From positions 21,762,001 to 21,826,000 of the forward strand of contig JBHGNT010000006.1 in the NCBI GenBank assembly GCA_043228905.1: 64,000 bases of DNA, written 5' to 3'. This stretch comes from Azolla caroliniana (Eukaryota; Plantae; Polypodiophyta). Below the pieces are notes generated by a model. That model was not told the origin of the DNA, did no database searches, and was given only the letters and a program-made list of their open reading frames with translations. Position numbers and translations under genes: made by a program. Below are positions 36,439 through 47,918 of this stretch, piece by piece (within the stretch, counting starts at the first letter, position 1; each line of letters opens with the position of its first letter).

Positions 36439-37539
36439 TCTAGGTTTATCAATGGTTGTGGGTGTATGTGGGTATATATATATATATATATATATGTTTT
36501 TCTTCCTTAGTGTTAGTAGTGATGAGTTTTTCTATTCTTGTGTTTTCCGAAATTCTGTGCCCTACCCCTCAGGTTTTTTCTAACATTATATTAAGTACCT
36601 TCCGGTTTTAGAAATCTCGTGTCTTGCCCTTTTGTTTCTAAGATTCGATCCTGTGCCCTCGAGTTATGTCAATTTTCTCTCTCTACCCTCAAGCTTTTCC
36701 TTTTCCTTTCCTTTTGTTTTCTTCTCTGTCCCTATCTTCTTCTCGCATTCTTCTTCTTCTCTCTTCTCTCTGTTTTATTTTCCATCTTCTCTTCTTCTCA
36801 CCACTTGTTCCTATTGTTGTTAATGATGATGAAGACATTCAAACCCTACGTTGTATTTGTCCTTCTTCCATTGGAGGCGAGACTCTAGTCATCTGATTTC
36901 TTCTCCAATTCCTTCCTTCATCATTGACATAATCATCTTTCGAATTCTTCAAACTCGTCATCATCCTTGAAATTTGGATCGGTGCTTATACTTATGTGGT
37001 GGCAGCGGTAGCGATGGTGAGGCGGCCCAGGGGGGTTACGACCAAGTGGTCCCAGAAATACTGTCCATCGCTTCTAGTAATCACCTTAGCCCACACATCT
37101 TTATAAGACCACATCGCGGGCTTCGTATGACCTTCAAATTCATTGCTACTCCTTCGAATTCAAAAGCCGCAAGGCTATGCAAAGGGGGCTCTAAACGAAT
37201 AGAGTAGCCACCTCTTGTCAATTGCTCTTTAGTGGGATATAAACAGCTTCAACTATCTAGATGTTAGTTTATATGTTGATCCTTGGGCAACAACAAGGAG
37301 CTCACATCTAGTATGACTAGGCATGGGCTGAAAGATAGCTGGTTGGATCTTCACATTAGGCATCACAAGATGGGAGAGAGAGAGAGAGAGAGAGCCAGTC
37401 AGAGAGAAAGGGGAGTAGATGGTAGATGGTGAAGGAATTAGTGCATTTGCAATACAATTTGCTCTATTGGATAAAGAGATGAATACCAATATATGTCATG
37501 CAGAGCAATGCCTAGTACCTAATTGTTTTCAAACAAAAG

Positions 37540-37900
37540 AATATATAGAGAGAAGAAAGACAATACTAGCTTCTTCAGTGTGCCAACATCTTTCCCATTT
37601 GGGAGAAGACTCCTGTAGAAGACACCATAACGAGGAGCAGCTGGTGGGCCTGCTGGGAGCAGGGAAAAAAAATCAGCATATGTATGTGCTTCGGTCCATG
37701 TCAATGTGAGTAGCAACAAGCTCTTCGTCTCATTTGGCTATGGCGACTCCTCCTCTTGTTGCTCCAACTCCTTCCCTGTTGCCCCCCTACACATGCAGTT
37801 CTGCGAATTAGTGGCACCGAGAGGAAGCGAAAGATTACAACCATGGTGTTCTTCCTCATCAAAGGTGGGGGTGAAGAAGAAGGCAGGAAGTCTTGGATTT
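37540..37900 (-). pseudogene. Possible receptor-like kinase fragments
   Basis: YGVFYRSLLPNGKDVGTLKKL and LGATNSQNCMCRGATGK resemble kinase subdomains I-II; no long ORF. Confidence 0.3.
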
Positions 37901-38550
37901 GATGGATCCTACAACAATCTCAGTCCCAGTAGCATTAGAGAACGACCATTAGATTGAACCGTGGGTGTGGCATGCCATGGCATCTTCATTATGTCTTTCC
38001 CATCATTTGATGAAAAACAAAACTGAGAAGCTACATCCACTTTTTCTTGTGAGTTTCTTCTTCTTTGGAGAGCAAATATAGACATTTGATAACACTCAGT
38101 AGAGCAGAAAAACAAGAGATAATATGCTCTTAATCGAAATACACAGATAGTGAAGGATGAAGGGATGAACAAGAGGAATAGAGAGGTGGATGACAAAGGG
38201 GGTTCAACTCTTGCTAGGTGGGGATTACAAGGGGAGAGAGAGCTGAATCTCTGCAACACAGAAAGGCAACAGAGAAAAGGGGGAAAACCACACACAGAGA
38301 GCGCAGAGACACTCGCTCTCTCACACACACCAACACACCCTCTCTCACACCCCACACAACTAAGTGAAAGACCAGTTTTGGCCTTTTCACACTTACATGC
38401 ATCGGGGATACCTGTATAACAATCTCCTACTAAAAGGCCTAAACTAGGAGTACAAATAATGGAAGGTTGACTTCTACACGACCTAGACCTATACCTCCCA
38501 CCTGATGGGCATGTTACACAATGTACATGACAAGTGTGTAACGTAAGGTA

Positions 38551-41500
38551 CTAAGTAATGCCCATCAAGTAACAACAATGCTCCAATGCATCTTGTGGTA
38601 AGGCCTTAGTCAATGCATCTGCAGCATTTTCGCGAGAAACAACCTTCTCAAGGCTAATACAACTATTAGCTATGCATTCCCGAATAAAATGGTATCGCAC
38701 TCCAATATGTTTAGTCTTCGCATGATATACCGGATTCTTCGCCAAAGCAATGGCACTTTGACTATCACAAAACAGTTTGGGTACATGTTGCGGTATACCC
38801 ATGTCGCTAACTAAACGAGACAACCAAACCGCTTCCTTACATGCCTCACTGGCTGCAACATACTCAGCCTCTGTTGTTGACAATGCGACACAATCTTGAA
38901 GACGAGATCTCCAAGCAATAACACCTCCCATAATCTGAAATATGTACCCTGAAGTAGATTTCCTACTATCAGCGCATCCGGCATAATCTGAATCTGTATA
39001 TCCAATGATATAGGCATCCCCTTTGCCCAAACAAAGGCACTTATCCTTAGTGCCACTCAAATATCTTAGTATCAACTTGACTGCATCCCAGTGTTTCTTA
39101 CCAGGGTTTGACATGAATCGACTTACGGCTCCCACTGCAAATGCAATGTCTGGTCTAGTAGCCACCATGGCATACATAAGACTCCTTGTCCTCATCAGAT
39201 GTGGGGCAATCACATGTACTCAGTTTTACATATGTAGGCAATGGAGTGCTCAATGGCTTCGCACTCTCCATATTAAACCTCTTGAGCACTTTCGATATGT
39301 ACTCAGCCTGAGACAAGTAGATGCATCGCTTACTCCTATCACGAGTAATACGCATACCAAGAATATGTTTTGCATCTCCCAAATCCTTCATGTCAAAATT
39401 CTGGCCCAAATTTTTCTTCAACAAGGATAACTCACCCTTGTTTTTACCAACTATAAGCATGTCATCAACATATAGTATCAATGTGATAAAACTCCCATCT
39501 GAACATGTTTTTGTGTAAAGACATGCATCCTCATTGCTTCTAGTATATCCTTGAGTCTTCATAAAGGCATCAAACTTTTGGTACCACAGTCTAGGGGACT
39601 GCTTAAGCCCATACAAACTCTTCTTGAGTTTACATACCAAATGTTCTTTTCCAAAGACTTCATGTCCTTCCGGTTGTTCCATATAAATATCCTCATCAAG
39701 ATCCCCATGTAAAAAGGCAGTCTTCACATCCATTTGGACTAATTCCAAATTCTGATTTGCAGCCAATGAAAGCAACATACGCAATGTAGTCATCTTAACT
39801 ACAGGAGAAAAGGTTTCACCAAAATCAATTCCATGTTCTTGCTTGAAACCTTTGGCAACCAAGCGTGCTTTATACTTTGGGGAAGCATTATCAGATGTAT
39901 ACTTATACTTGTATACCCATTTGCATGGCAATGGTTTCCTGTCCTTCGGCAAAGGTACTAAATCCCAAGTACCATTTTTATAAATGCTGTCCAATTCATT
40001 TTTCATGGCACACTCCCACTTAGCATGATCATTGGCCAAGATAGCTTCCTTATAACAAGAGGGTTCACCACCATCTGTTAACATCACATAGTCCATGAGC
40101 TTAGTAGGTGGCCTAGAGACACGAGTAGATCGTCTCACTGGTTGCTGAACCGGAGTCGGACTATTTTCAGATTGTACAAATGCATCCTCATTTTGAACAT
40201 CCTCATATGGCTGAACATTTATAGGATTGTTCATCATAGGTGCGGGGTTATCCTTTTGCACACTAATAGAGGGTGTAACATCTTGAAATGTCACTTTCCT
40301 CACTTCCACTTCTTTAATTGGCTGTTTATGCATAATCTTTTCGTTGAAAACGACGTCACTACTTCTCACTATAGTGCGCGTTTCAGGATCCCACAAACGA
40401 TATCCAAATTGACCATCTACGCCATAGCCAAGGAAAATACATTTCCTGCTCTTAAAATCTAGTTTTTGCCTTAATTGTTTTGGAACATGAACATACGCTT
40501 CACATCCAAATACCCTAAGATGATCATAGTTTGGGTTTTTTCCTGTCCACAACTCTTGCGCTACTTTCAAGCCCTTGGCAGTACTAGGTGATAGATTTAT
40601 CACATGGACTGCTGTCCGAACTGCTTCAGCCCAAAAACCTTGCGGCAAATTTGCATGATGCAACATAGAAACAACCTTGTCCTGGATGGTTCTATTCATC
40701 CTTTCTGCCACACCATTTTGTACGGGAGTGTAAGGGGCAGTAAACTCTCTACGTATGCCTCTAGACTCACAAAAATCTCTGAACTCATGAGAGGTATACT
40801 CACCTCCATTATCAGATCGTAAAGCCTTAAGCTTTATACCCTTTTCAGTCTCAACCGAGGCAAGCCATTTTCTGAAAATAGAGTATACATCGCCCTTTTG
40901 TTTTATGGGATACACCCAAACCTTTCTTGTGGCATCATCAATAAATGTAACAAAGTACAAAGCTCCACCTAATGATCTTGTGGGCATAGGGCCACATACA
41001 TCTGTATGAACTAGATCCAAGGGTTGAGTAGAAGAATCAGAATTAATATTCTGATGCACACTTCTAGTTTGTTTACCATATTGACAATGCTCACAAACTG
41101 AAAAATTTGCAAATGATAGCATAGGTAAATAGCCAAAACGTGATAACGTTTCCATTCCAGTGCGAGACATGTGACCTAAACGCCCATGCCAAATACAAGT
41201 CATAGGCTGTTCTATGACTGTCAAAAGATGCTCCTTTTGATGGACAACTAAAGGATAAAGGGAGCCAACTTTGTTCCCTTTGGCAATAACCATATTTCCT
41301 TTCGTAATACGAAAGGACTGAGCAGAAAAAATCACTTTGAAACCAATGCTATCAAGCTGTCCAACAGACAATAAGCTACGAGTTAGCTCAAGCACATGGC
41401 GTACATTTTGTATGGTAAATTGAGAGCCATCAGAAAATTGTACCATGACATCTCCGATGCCAATCACATCACACTGATGTGAATCTCCAAGCCGTACTGT

Positions 41501-42592
41501 ACCAAGTGATTTAGCTTCGTATCGTGTGAACCACTCTCTATGTGGAGTCACATGGAATGAAGCACCAGAGTCTAACAACCATGTATGAGAAAGCACATGA
41601 GCGATATTAGCCTCAGCATAGGTAGCATCATCATCCATGACCAAGATGTCACCACCATCTTCGCATGCAACATTTATTTCCTCTATCTTCAACGAAGATG
41701 TTGAACCAGCCAACTGTTTAACATGCCCATCACCGTGAGTTTTACCCTTTTCCTTCTCTTTGTTCTTCAAGGCATAACAGTCTTTCTTAATGTGACCCTT
41801 CTTGTGGCAATAATGGCATTCCACAAGTCTCTTCCTAGACTTACTTCTACTCTTGTCATGATTTCCATGACTATTTCTGCCTTGGCTTCTTCCACGTTGT
41901 TGGTTTTTACCATAACCAGAGTCTCGAACGTTATATGCATCTCCAACTTGTGAGGAAACCATAGATTTCCTACGTATTTCTTCCCCCAATAATGCTCTAC
42001 TTATATCATTATACACCAATTTTCCGTTTGGTGCACTAGCGCTAATAGCGGTACAAAATGTATCCCATGAGCTACGCAATGTGCATAACAAAAATACAGC
42101 TTTTAGCTCATCATCCATGGTCATTTTCTGAGCTTGCAATTGCGACCATAATGCATCAAACTGATTTAAATGAGACGCAATACTATCCGTATCCTTCATA
42201 CGAAGGTCATATATCTTTCTCATCAAATACACCTTGTTTGCTGCAGTCTCCTTCTCATAGGTGTTGCATAGCTTTTTCCAAAGTTCTTCGGAGTTTTGGC
42301 TGTCTAAAACAGTAAAGTACACACTATCCGCCAAGTGCAATCTTATGGTGGACATGGTCAAGGCATCAAGCTCCTCCCAATCATCATCATCCATGTCATT
42401 CGGTTTCTTGGCTTTCCCGCCTAGAGGCCTGGTTTGCTTTCTTTGAACCAATACATCACGCATCTGATTCTTCCACAAAGCAAAATTAGATCCATCGAAT
42501 TTCCGGATCTCAATATGATCTTTTCCTAGAAAAGAATAGTTCTCACAAGCAACATAACTGCTACTAGATACATCCAACATATCAGACTCCAT
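38551..42592 (-). CDS. Copia-3 gag-pol polyprotein with one frameshifting deletion near 39185
   Basis: 1166-aa and 220-aa ORFs: CHYCHKKGHIKKDC, WLLDSGASFH, LVHTDVCGP, LRSDNGGEY, QMDVKTAFL, YVDD, TKHIGVRYHFIRE. Confidence 0.93.
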
Positions 42593-43204
42593 GGGAGTGA
42601 GCGACAATGTCAAGCAACGATTGGGCAACCCAAAAAAAAAAAAACTAGTAACCAACTAGTTTATAGCAAACTGTGAAACAATTTGATACCCAAATTTTTC
42701 CGTGCAACACGCACCAATGAAAGCATACAACTTCCAAGATCTCAGATGTGAATTGTCAAAGAGGGCTGATACCACTCTTGCATAAAATAAGCACCACTTC
42801 AAGACATATAATTTTCAAACTGTCAACAATATTGGCTAACATACATCTTCCAATCACAAATGGTAAGCAACTGCTATGTTATACATTTACGTTGACCCCA
42901 AATTTCTCTTCCAAATGTAGCAACAGCATTTAGTCACATACATCTCCGGAACCACAAACTGTAGGCATCGGCTTTTCTATGCATTCACATTAACCCCCAA
43001 ATCTCTCTTGAAATTGTGGCAAATGTGGCAAGGGTATCTCCCACCACAACTTATTTCCACCCAAACGAATTTCGAATATGACGGACGATAAGAGGGTTGA
43101 ACAAAGGGAAATACCTGTGAATAGCATGTCCCTTTCTTCAATGTCGAAGATGCCCAACAATAGATAGACGCTTCAGCCGAGCCGGATACTCCAATGCTTG
43201 CCAC

Positions 43205-43290
43205 ACGAATCTCCTACGCCGCTACGAATCTCCGGCGACGCTATGAATCTCCTACGCCTCTATGAGTCTCCTACGCCTCTATGAGCTTCT
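43205..43290. repeat. 19-bp tandem repeat in the Copia-3 5' leader
   Basis: gaatctcctacgcctctat, about 4 copies. Confidence 0.75.
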
Positions 43291-43660
43291 CTCACTATCT
43301 CTCTCAAGCTCTGATACCACTGATAACACTCAATAGAGCAGAAAAACAAGAGATAATATGCTCTTAATCGAAATACACAGATAGTGAAGGATGAAGGGAT
43401 GAACAAGAGGAATAGAGAGGTGGATGACAAAGGGGGTTCAACTCCTGCTAGGTGGGGATTACAAGGGGAGAGAGAGCTGAATCTCTGCAACACAGAAAGG
43501 CAACAGAGAAAAGGGGGAAAACCACACACAGAGAGCGCAGAGACACTCACTCTCTCACACACACCAACACACCCTCTCTCACACCCCACACAACTAAGTG
43601 AAAGACCAGTTTTGGCCTTTTCACACTTACATGCATCGGGGATACATGTATAACAACATT

Positions 43661-43833
43661 GACACATAAAAGACAGACTATCACACAAAGACGGAGAGAG
43701 AGGTTAGTGAGGGAGAGGGAGAATGAGGATAGACTTCCTCACAAGGGGGTCATCCGTTCTGGCATGCCAAAAGTGTTGTTGGGGTGGGGGCTGAAGCCTA
43801 AAATGGCTTCAGCCCCCTCCCAAGGGGGTTACA

Positions 43834-43878
<45 letters not shown>

Positions 43879-45436
43879 TGAAAATAAAAAATGTCACCAA
43901 AATGAGAGAGAAAAATGTATGTTTCATTACATGCCCGTAAGGGGTTTCTATAATACATCTAATGTAACTGTCACATGTGTTACCGGTTAGGAACACGGCC
44001 TACCCTCAGTCCTTCGGGGTAGGTTCAAGGTGATCATGGTACAGAGAATGGATTCGTATACTATGCGTAGCTATAAAGGATAGAGTGTCACTTACTGTAG
44101 GCAGATCGTGACGGGAGATGGCTATAGCCGAGCTCCTTCTTACCGTGCATATACGAACACAAACAAGCTACTAACCTTCAGACAATTACGTTATGTATTG
44201 ACACAAAGACAGAGATTAGAGAAGACAGTAACTATATTAGAGAACGTATGCTCAAAACTACGCTAACTTGTACAATGTTCCTATGTCCTTTATATACACA
44301 GGGCATAGTAAGTTACGCTTCCTGCGTGATCCGTTACATGCGTTCTTTTAACGCTCCTACTATAATAATACACTTCTTCTTCTTCTTTTCTTTACTCTTT
44401 TCCCACTAGTCCGCTTCCGGTGGACAACACTTGGCATGCCTGTGGGACAGTGCCTTGGCATGTTGGACCCATCCTCTCTTTACTCGTCATCCAAAATATC
44501 GAGGATGTTTGGCTCCGGGCGCTCGTCGTTGCTCGTTGTAACCGGTGGCGCCGTAACGTGGCTGGGCTCGTCACTTTGTGGCTCGACCGGCGTTTCCTCT
44601 CGTAGCGTCTCTGTGGGCGGCTCCGACCGTATCTCGTAGTCCGCGCATGTGGAGGTATGGTCAAGGTCGCTTTGCAGCTCCGACGGTTGTAGTGGGCATG
44701 TGTCTGGCCGTGGTTCTTCTTAGACCGCTTCTTCCGCAGTGACTACCGTGGCGGGAAGTGTTTTATTGGGTGCAGTTGTCGTGGTCACCTCCAGAGTGCC
44801 TATTTGTTCAGTCGGGCTCTCGTCCTACTCCGCAGAGTCGCTATCTTGCAAGGTGATGGCCTCCACCTTCTTCATCTCTTCCGCCCTTTGATGTTTGCTT
44901 CTGATGTTGCACCGCTGGCGGAATGCTTCTTCTTGACTCTCACCGAAGTCTTCTAATAGATGTACCATTTCCTTGGTGTGACAGTTGGCCAAAGTCTAAT
45001 AATCCTGCGTAAGGTCTTTCCACACCGTAGCGATGCTCTCTTCGCTTAGTTTATAAAAACCTTTCACTTCTTTAAGCCGATTTTCCCATATCGCTCTGTA
45101 TGCGTGGAGTTCTAATACCTGCGCCGCCCATCCAGCCCATCCTTTGTCTAATGCAGTTTGTAATTGGCCCGTAAACAGTTCGTGCTTTGTTTGGAGGAGG
45201 GCGCGTATACAATCCGTGCTCCAGTTCGTGCGGGTCTATAAGTCCTTTAGAGCCTTTTTCATGTTCTCAATTTTCCTCTTTTGGCCACCGCTACTTCTTC
45301 ATAATGTGTCTTCATTTGGGCCCATATTTTCGACTCCTAGTCATGGAGCTCCTCCAGTCGGCCCATCTCGTTGGTACTAGTTCTTGGCTTCTACACACAA
45401 TCATGAACGTGAAACCGGTTGTGGCCGGTTGATTCC
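43661..45436 (-). mobile_element. LTR-like sequence (family L), copy B; its TG end is displaced to 63159-63168 by Copia-4
   Basis: Homologous to 35860-36240; the rejoined minus strand begins TGTAAGGAATCAACCGG and interrupts another Copia gag-pol. Confidence 0.55.
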
Positions 45437-46166
45437 TGTTGAGAATCAAGCTCAACTTGGTCTAGTGTGTGAACTCACCTTGAGAGTGAATAGACACTCC
45501 AACGGTCAAGAGTCACCATTAAGTCACCACTTTTTATTCTAGCATTTAGTATAATTCTATGACACATAACTTATGAGCTTTCACATTCCCCATGCTCCAT
45601 GAGTCTTGTAGTTAATGAAGAGAGAGGGTGACTATATAAAGCACCCTCCTCCCATCTTGTATAATGTCGAGTCTTTCCCCTTTGTTAATATACTTAACCT
45701 TGCGTATACTCTCTCTAACGGTCTCGCTCTAACGGCTCTCTCTGTCGCTGTCGTCGCCGTCGCCGTCACCGTCGCCGTCGTCTGCAGCCGTTGTCTGCAG
45801 CCGCTGCAACCGTCGCCGTCTGCTCTCTCTCTCTCTCGCTCGCTCGCTTCCTCGTCTCTCTCTGTCGCCGGCTAGTGTCGTCGCCGTCGCCGTCTGCCAC
45901 CGTGCAGTCGTCCACCGTCTTCTGCCGTCTGTTGCCGCCGTCTGCCGTCTTTTGACGACTGCCACCGTCGCCGTCGCCGTCACGGGGTGTTTTCTTCTCC
46001 GTTCTTGATGTGGTGAAGTACCTTTTTCTCGACGAGTTCGTGGGTGGGTTCTTTTGGTGTGCTCGTCCCGTGCTACAAAATGCTGATGTGATTGCGACAC
46101 ACACACAAACTCGGCTAAGTCTCGAACCCATTTATTTTACCTTCTTTTTTTCTTATTGACACCACA

Positions 46167-46979
46167 ATGACGTCTAGATGGACTAAGGAACTTAAGGATA
46201 TACAAGACGAGGCTATAAGTAAGGAGGACTTTTTAGATATGTTTAATCGTTTAACAAAAATAGAGATGGATATGAAAAAATGGGTGAAAGACACCGAAAC
46301 CTACAAGAAAAAAGATAGAGAGGAAAAAGACGCCCTCAAGGCCGAAATAGAACAACTTAAAGTAGAAAACATCGACCTTAAAAAACAACTTAAGGACATC
46401 GAGGTATCTCGAGAAGACGGTGAAATATCCTCTATAGAGGATATAAAGGACGAAATTAAAAAAGTTAAAGAGGAAGTTAATAATAACATAGAGTTAGCTA
46501 AAACGGGTTGGGTAGATGTGGTTAAAAGAAACATTAAAAAAGAAATAAAAGATGAAAATATTGTTAACACCACCCTTGAAGAAGAGAAAATGCGTCAGGC
46601 CCGACGCTTAAATGTACGTGTCACTGGGCTCAAGGAAGGTGCATCCCCAAATGAGGACGCACAAACACTTGGGAAAATGTTAGGGTACACAGAGGCCCTA
46701 CCTATCACCAAAGCATGGAGGGTCGGGCGTGACACAACTAGGAAGAGAGCCTTAGTCCTTCAATTTAAAGACTTAGACTCTAGAATCACTTTCTTTAAGA
46801 AGAGACCAATCCTTCGAGGAATGGATGGGGACCCCATCTATCTCGATGAAGACCTCACTAAGATGCAAATTGAGCATCGCAAGAGTTGTATGCCACGAGT
46901 TATGCAAGCTCGTAAAGAAGGCCATCGCGCCTTTTACCGAGACGGGCGAGTGATCATAAATGATCGCACTACTAACTGA
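46167..46979 (+). CDS. LINE-C ORF1 (coiled coil plus L1-ORF1-like RRM/CTD), 270 aa
   Basis: Heptad-like K/E-rich region; RRLNVRVTGLKE, AWRVGR, RALVLQF, IYLDEDLT. Confidence 0.88.
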   Translation: MTSRWTKELKDIQDEAISKEDFLDMFNRLTKIEMDMKKWVKDTETYKKKDREEKDALKAEIEQLKVENIDLKKQLKDIEVSREDGEISSIEDIKDEIKKVKEEVNNNIELAKTGWVDVVKRNIKKEIKDENIVNTTLEEEKMRQARRLNVRVTGLKEGASPNEDAQTLGKMLGYTEALPITKAWRVGRDTTRKRALVLQFKDLDSRITFFKKRPILRGMDGDPIYLDEDLTKMQIEHRKSCMPRVMQARKEGHRAFYRDGRVIINDRTTN

Positions 46980-47167
46980 CGGCGTGTGGCCCATGTGACA
47001 GAAAATGCACTTAGGATGACCCTATGGAATTGTAATGGCGCACTCTGGGCACACCCCGGCCGCCTAGAGGAGATACTAAAGGTATCTGATATACTTTTCT
47101 TGGTAGAAACACATCAGAGCCCAAATAGAGGACTCCCACGGGTCGAAGGATTCCGTTGGGAGTCCGC
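46980..47167 (+). CDS. LINE-C ORF2 N-terminal part (start of AP endonuclease)
   Basis: MTLWNCNG...DILFLVETH; rejoins 54164 in frame when the Gypsy and one 4-bp TSD are removed (WESA|FRQ). Confidence 0.88.
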
Positions 47168-47918
47168 TGTCGAGGTATTCCTCGTGGATACGTGGAGTGA
47201 GGCGGGACCTCGGGGGTCCTGTACCGAAGAGTAAGAGAGAGAGAGAGAGAGAGAGACCCACTACGTGCGAGCGTAGATTCACAGGGACACGGCCCTTCGA
47301 CGCAAAGACGCGAGTGGGACAGCGACACAGAAAGACACGAAAGTATGTATGTATTGACAAGACAAACAACAAGAACACGAAGACAACAAAACACGAAGTT
47401 GGTTACAACCGAACAGGCCGGCGAATAGATGCCGATACCTGTTCGTAAACGCACAGAGGGGGATGAGTAGGTTGGAGGTGCTGCCGGAAGCACTTGGGCA
47501 ATCCTCAGAGCAACGCGGGCCTCCCGAAACCTGCACAGAAGGAAGCTATGGCGTTTGCAACCTGAAAGAGAGAGAGAGAGAAGCCTTCGCACGCAAATCG
47601 ACAGCACTTCGTCCTCCACTCTCCGCGATCCCCTTACTCTCCTCGTCTCCCTCCTTTTATAGGCCAGGAAGGAGCCATTTCCCCTTTACTCCCTACCTAC
47701 CGAATCTACCTAGGATCTCCTATGTACAACTTAAGGCGCACGTGCATGAAGAGTCGGTTTCTACGCTCCGGTACACCGATTCCGCTTGTGGACGGTTTTC
47801 TTCACGACATCCGCCCCCACCTAACCGCGCATCCACCGGCATGCGCCAAATTGTGTTGGGACGGGGAAAACCGGTCCAGCCTTCATTCCCCGCCCGTTGG
47901 TTCTTCCTCGGTTTCGGA

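Larger units (their letters stand above)
38087..43655 (-). mobile_element. Copia-3 LTR retrotransposon, young and nearly intact
   Basis: 335-bp LTRs 38087-38421 and 43321-43655 (4 differences counted by eye); TSD acatt; PBS TGGTATCAGAGC at 43308-43319. Confidence 0.97.

Noticed and set aside
36440-37250. Transposase C-terminus or host gene
   Set aside because: Acidic low-complexity frames with many stops and no diagnostic motif
43978-44340. Solo LTR nested in family-L copy B
   Set aside because: The segment is absent from copy A and flanked by acatg, but TG...CA ends and a TSD cannot both be satisfied
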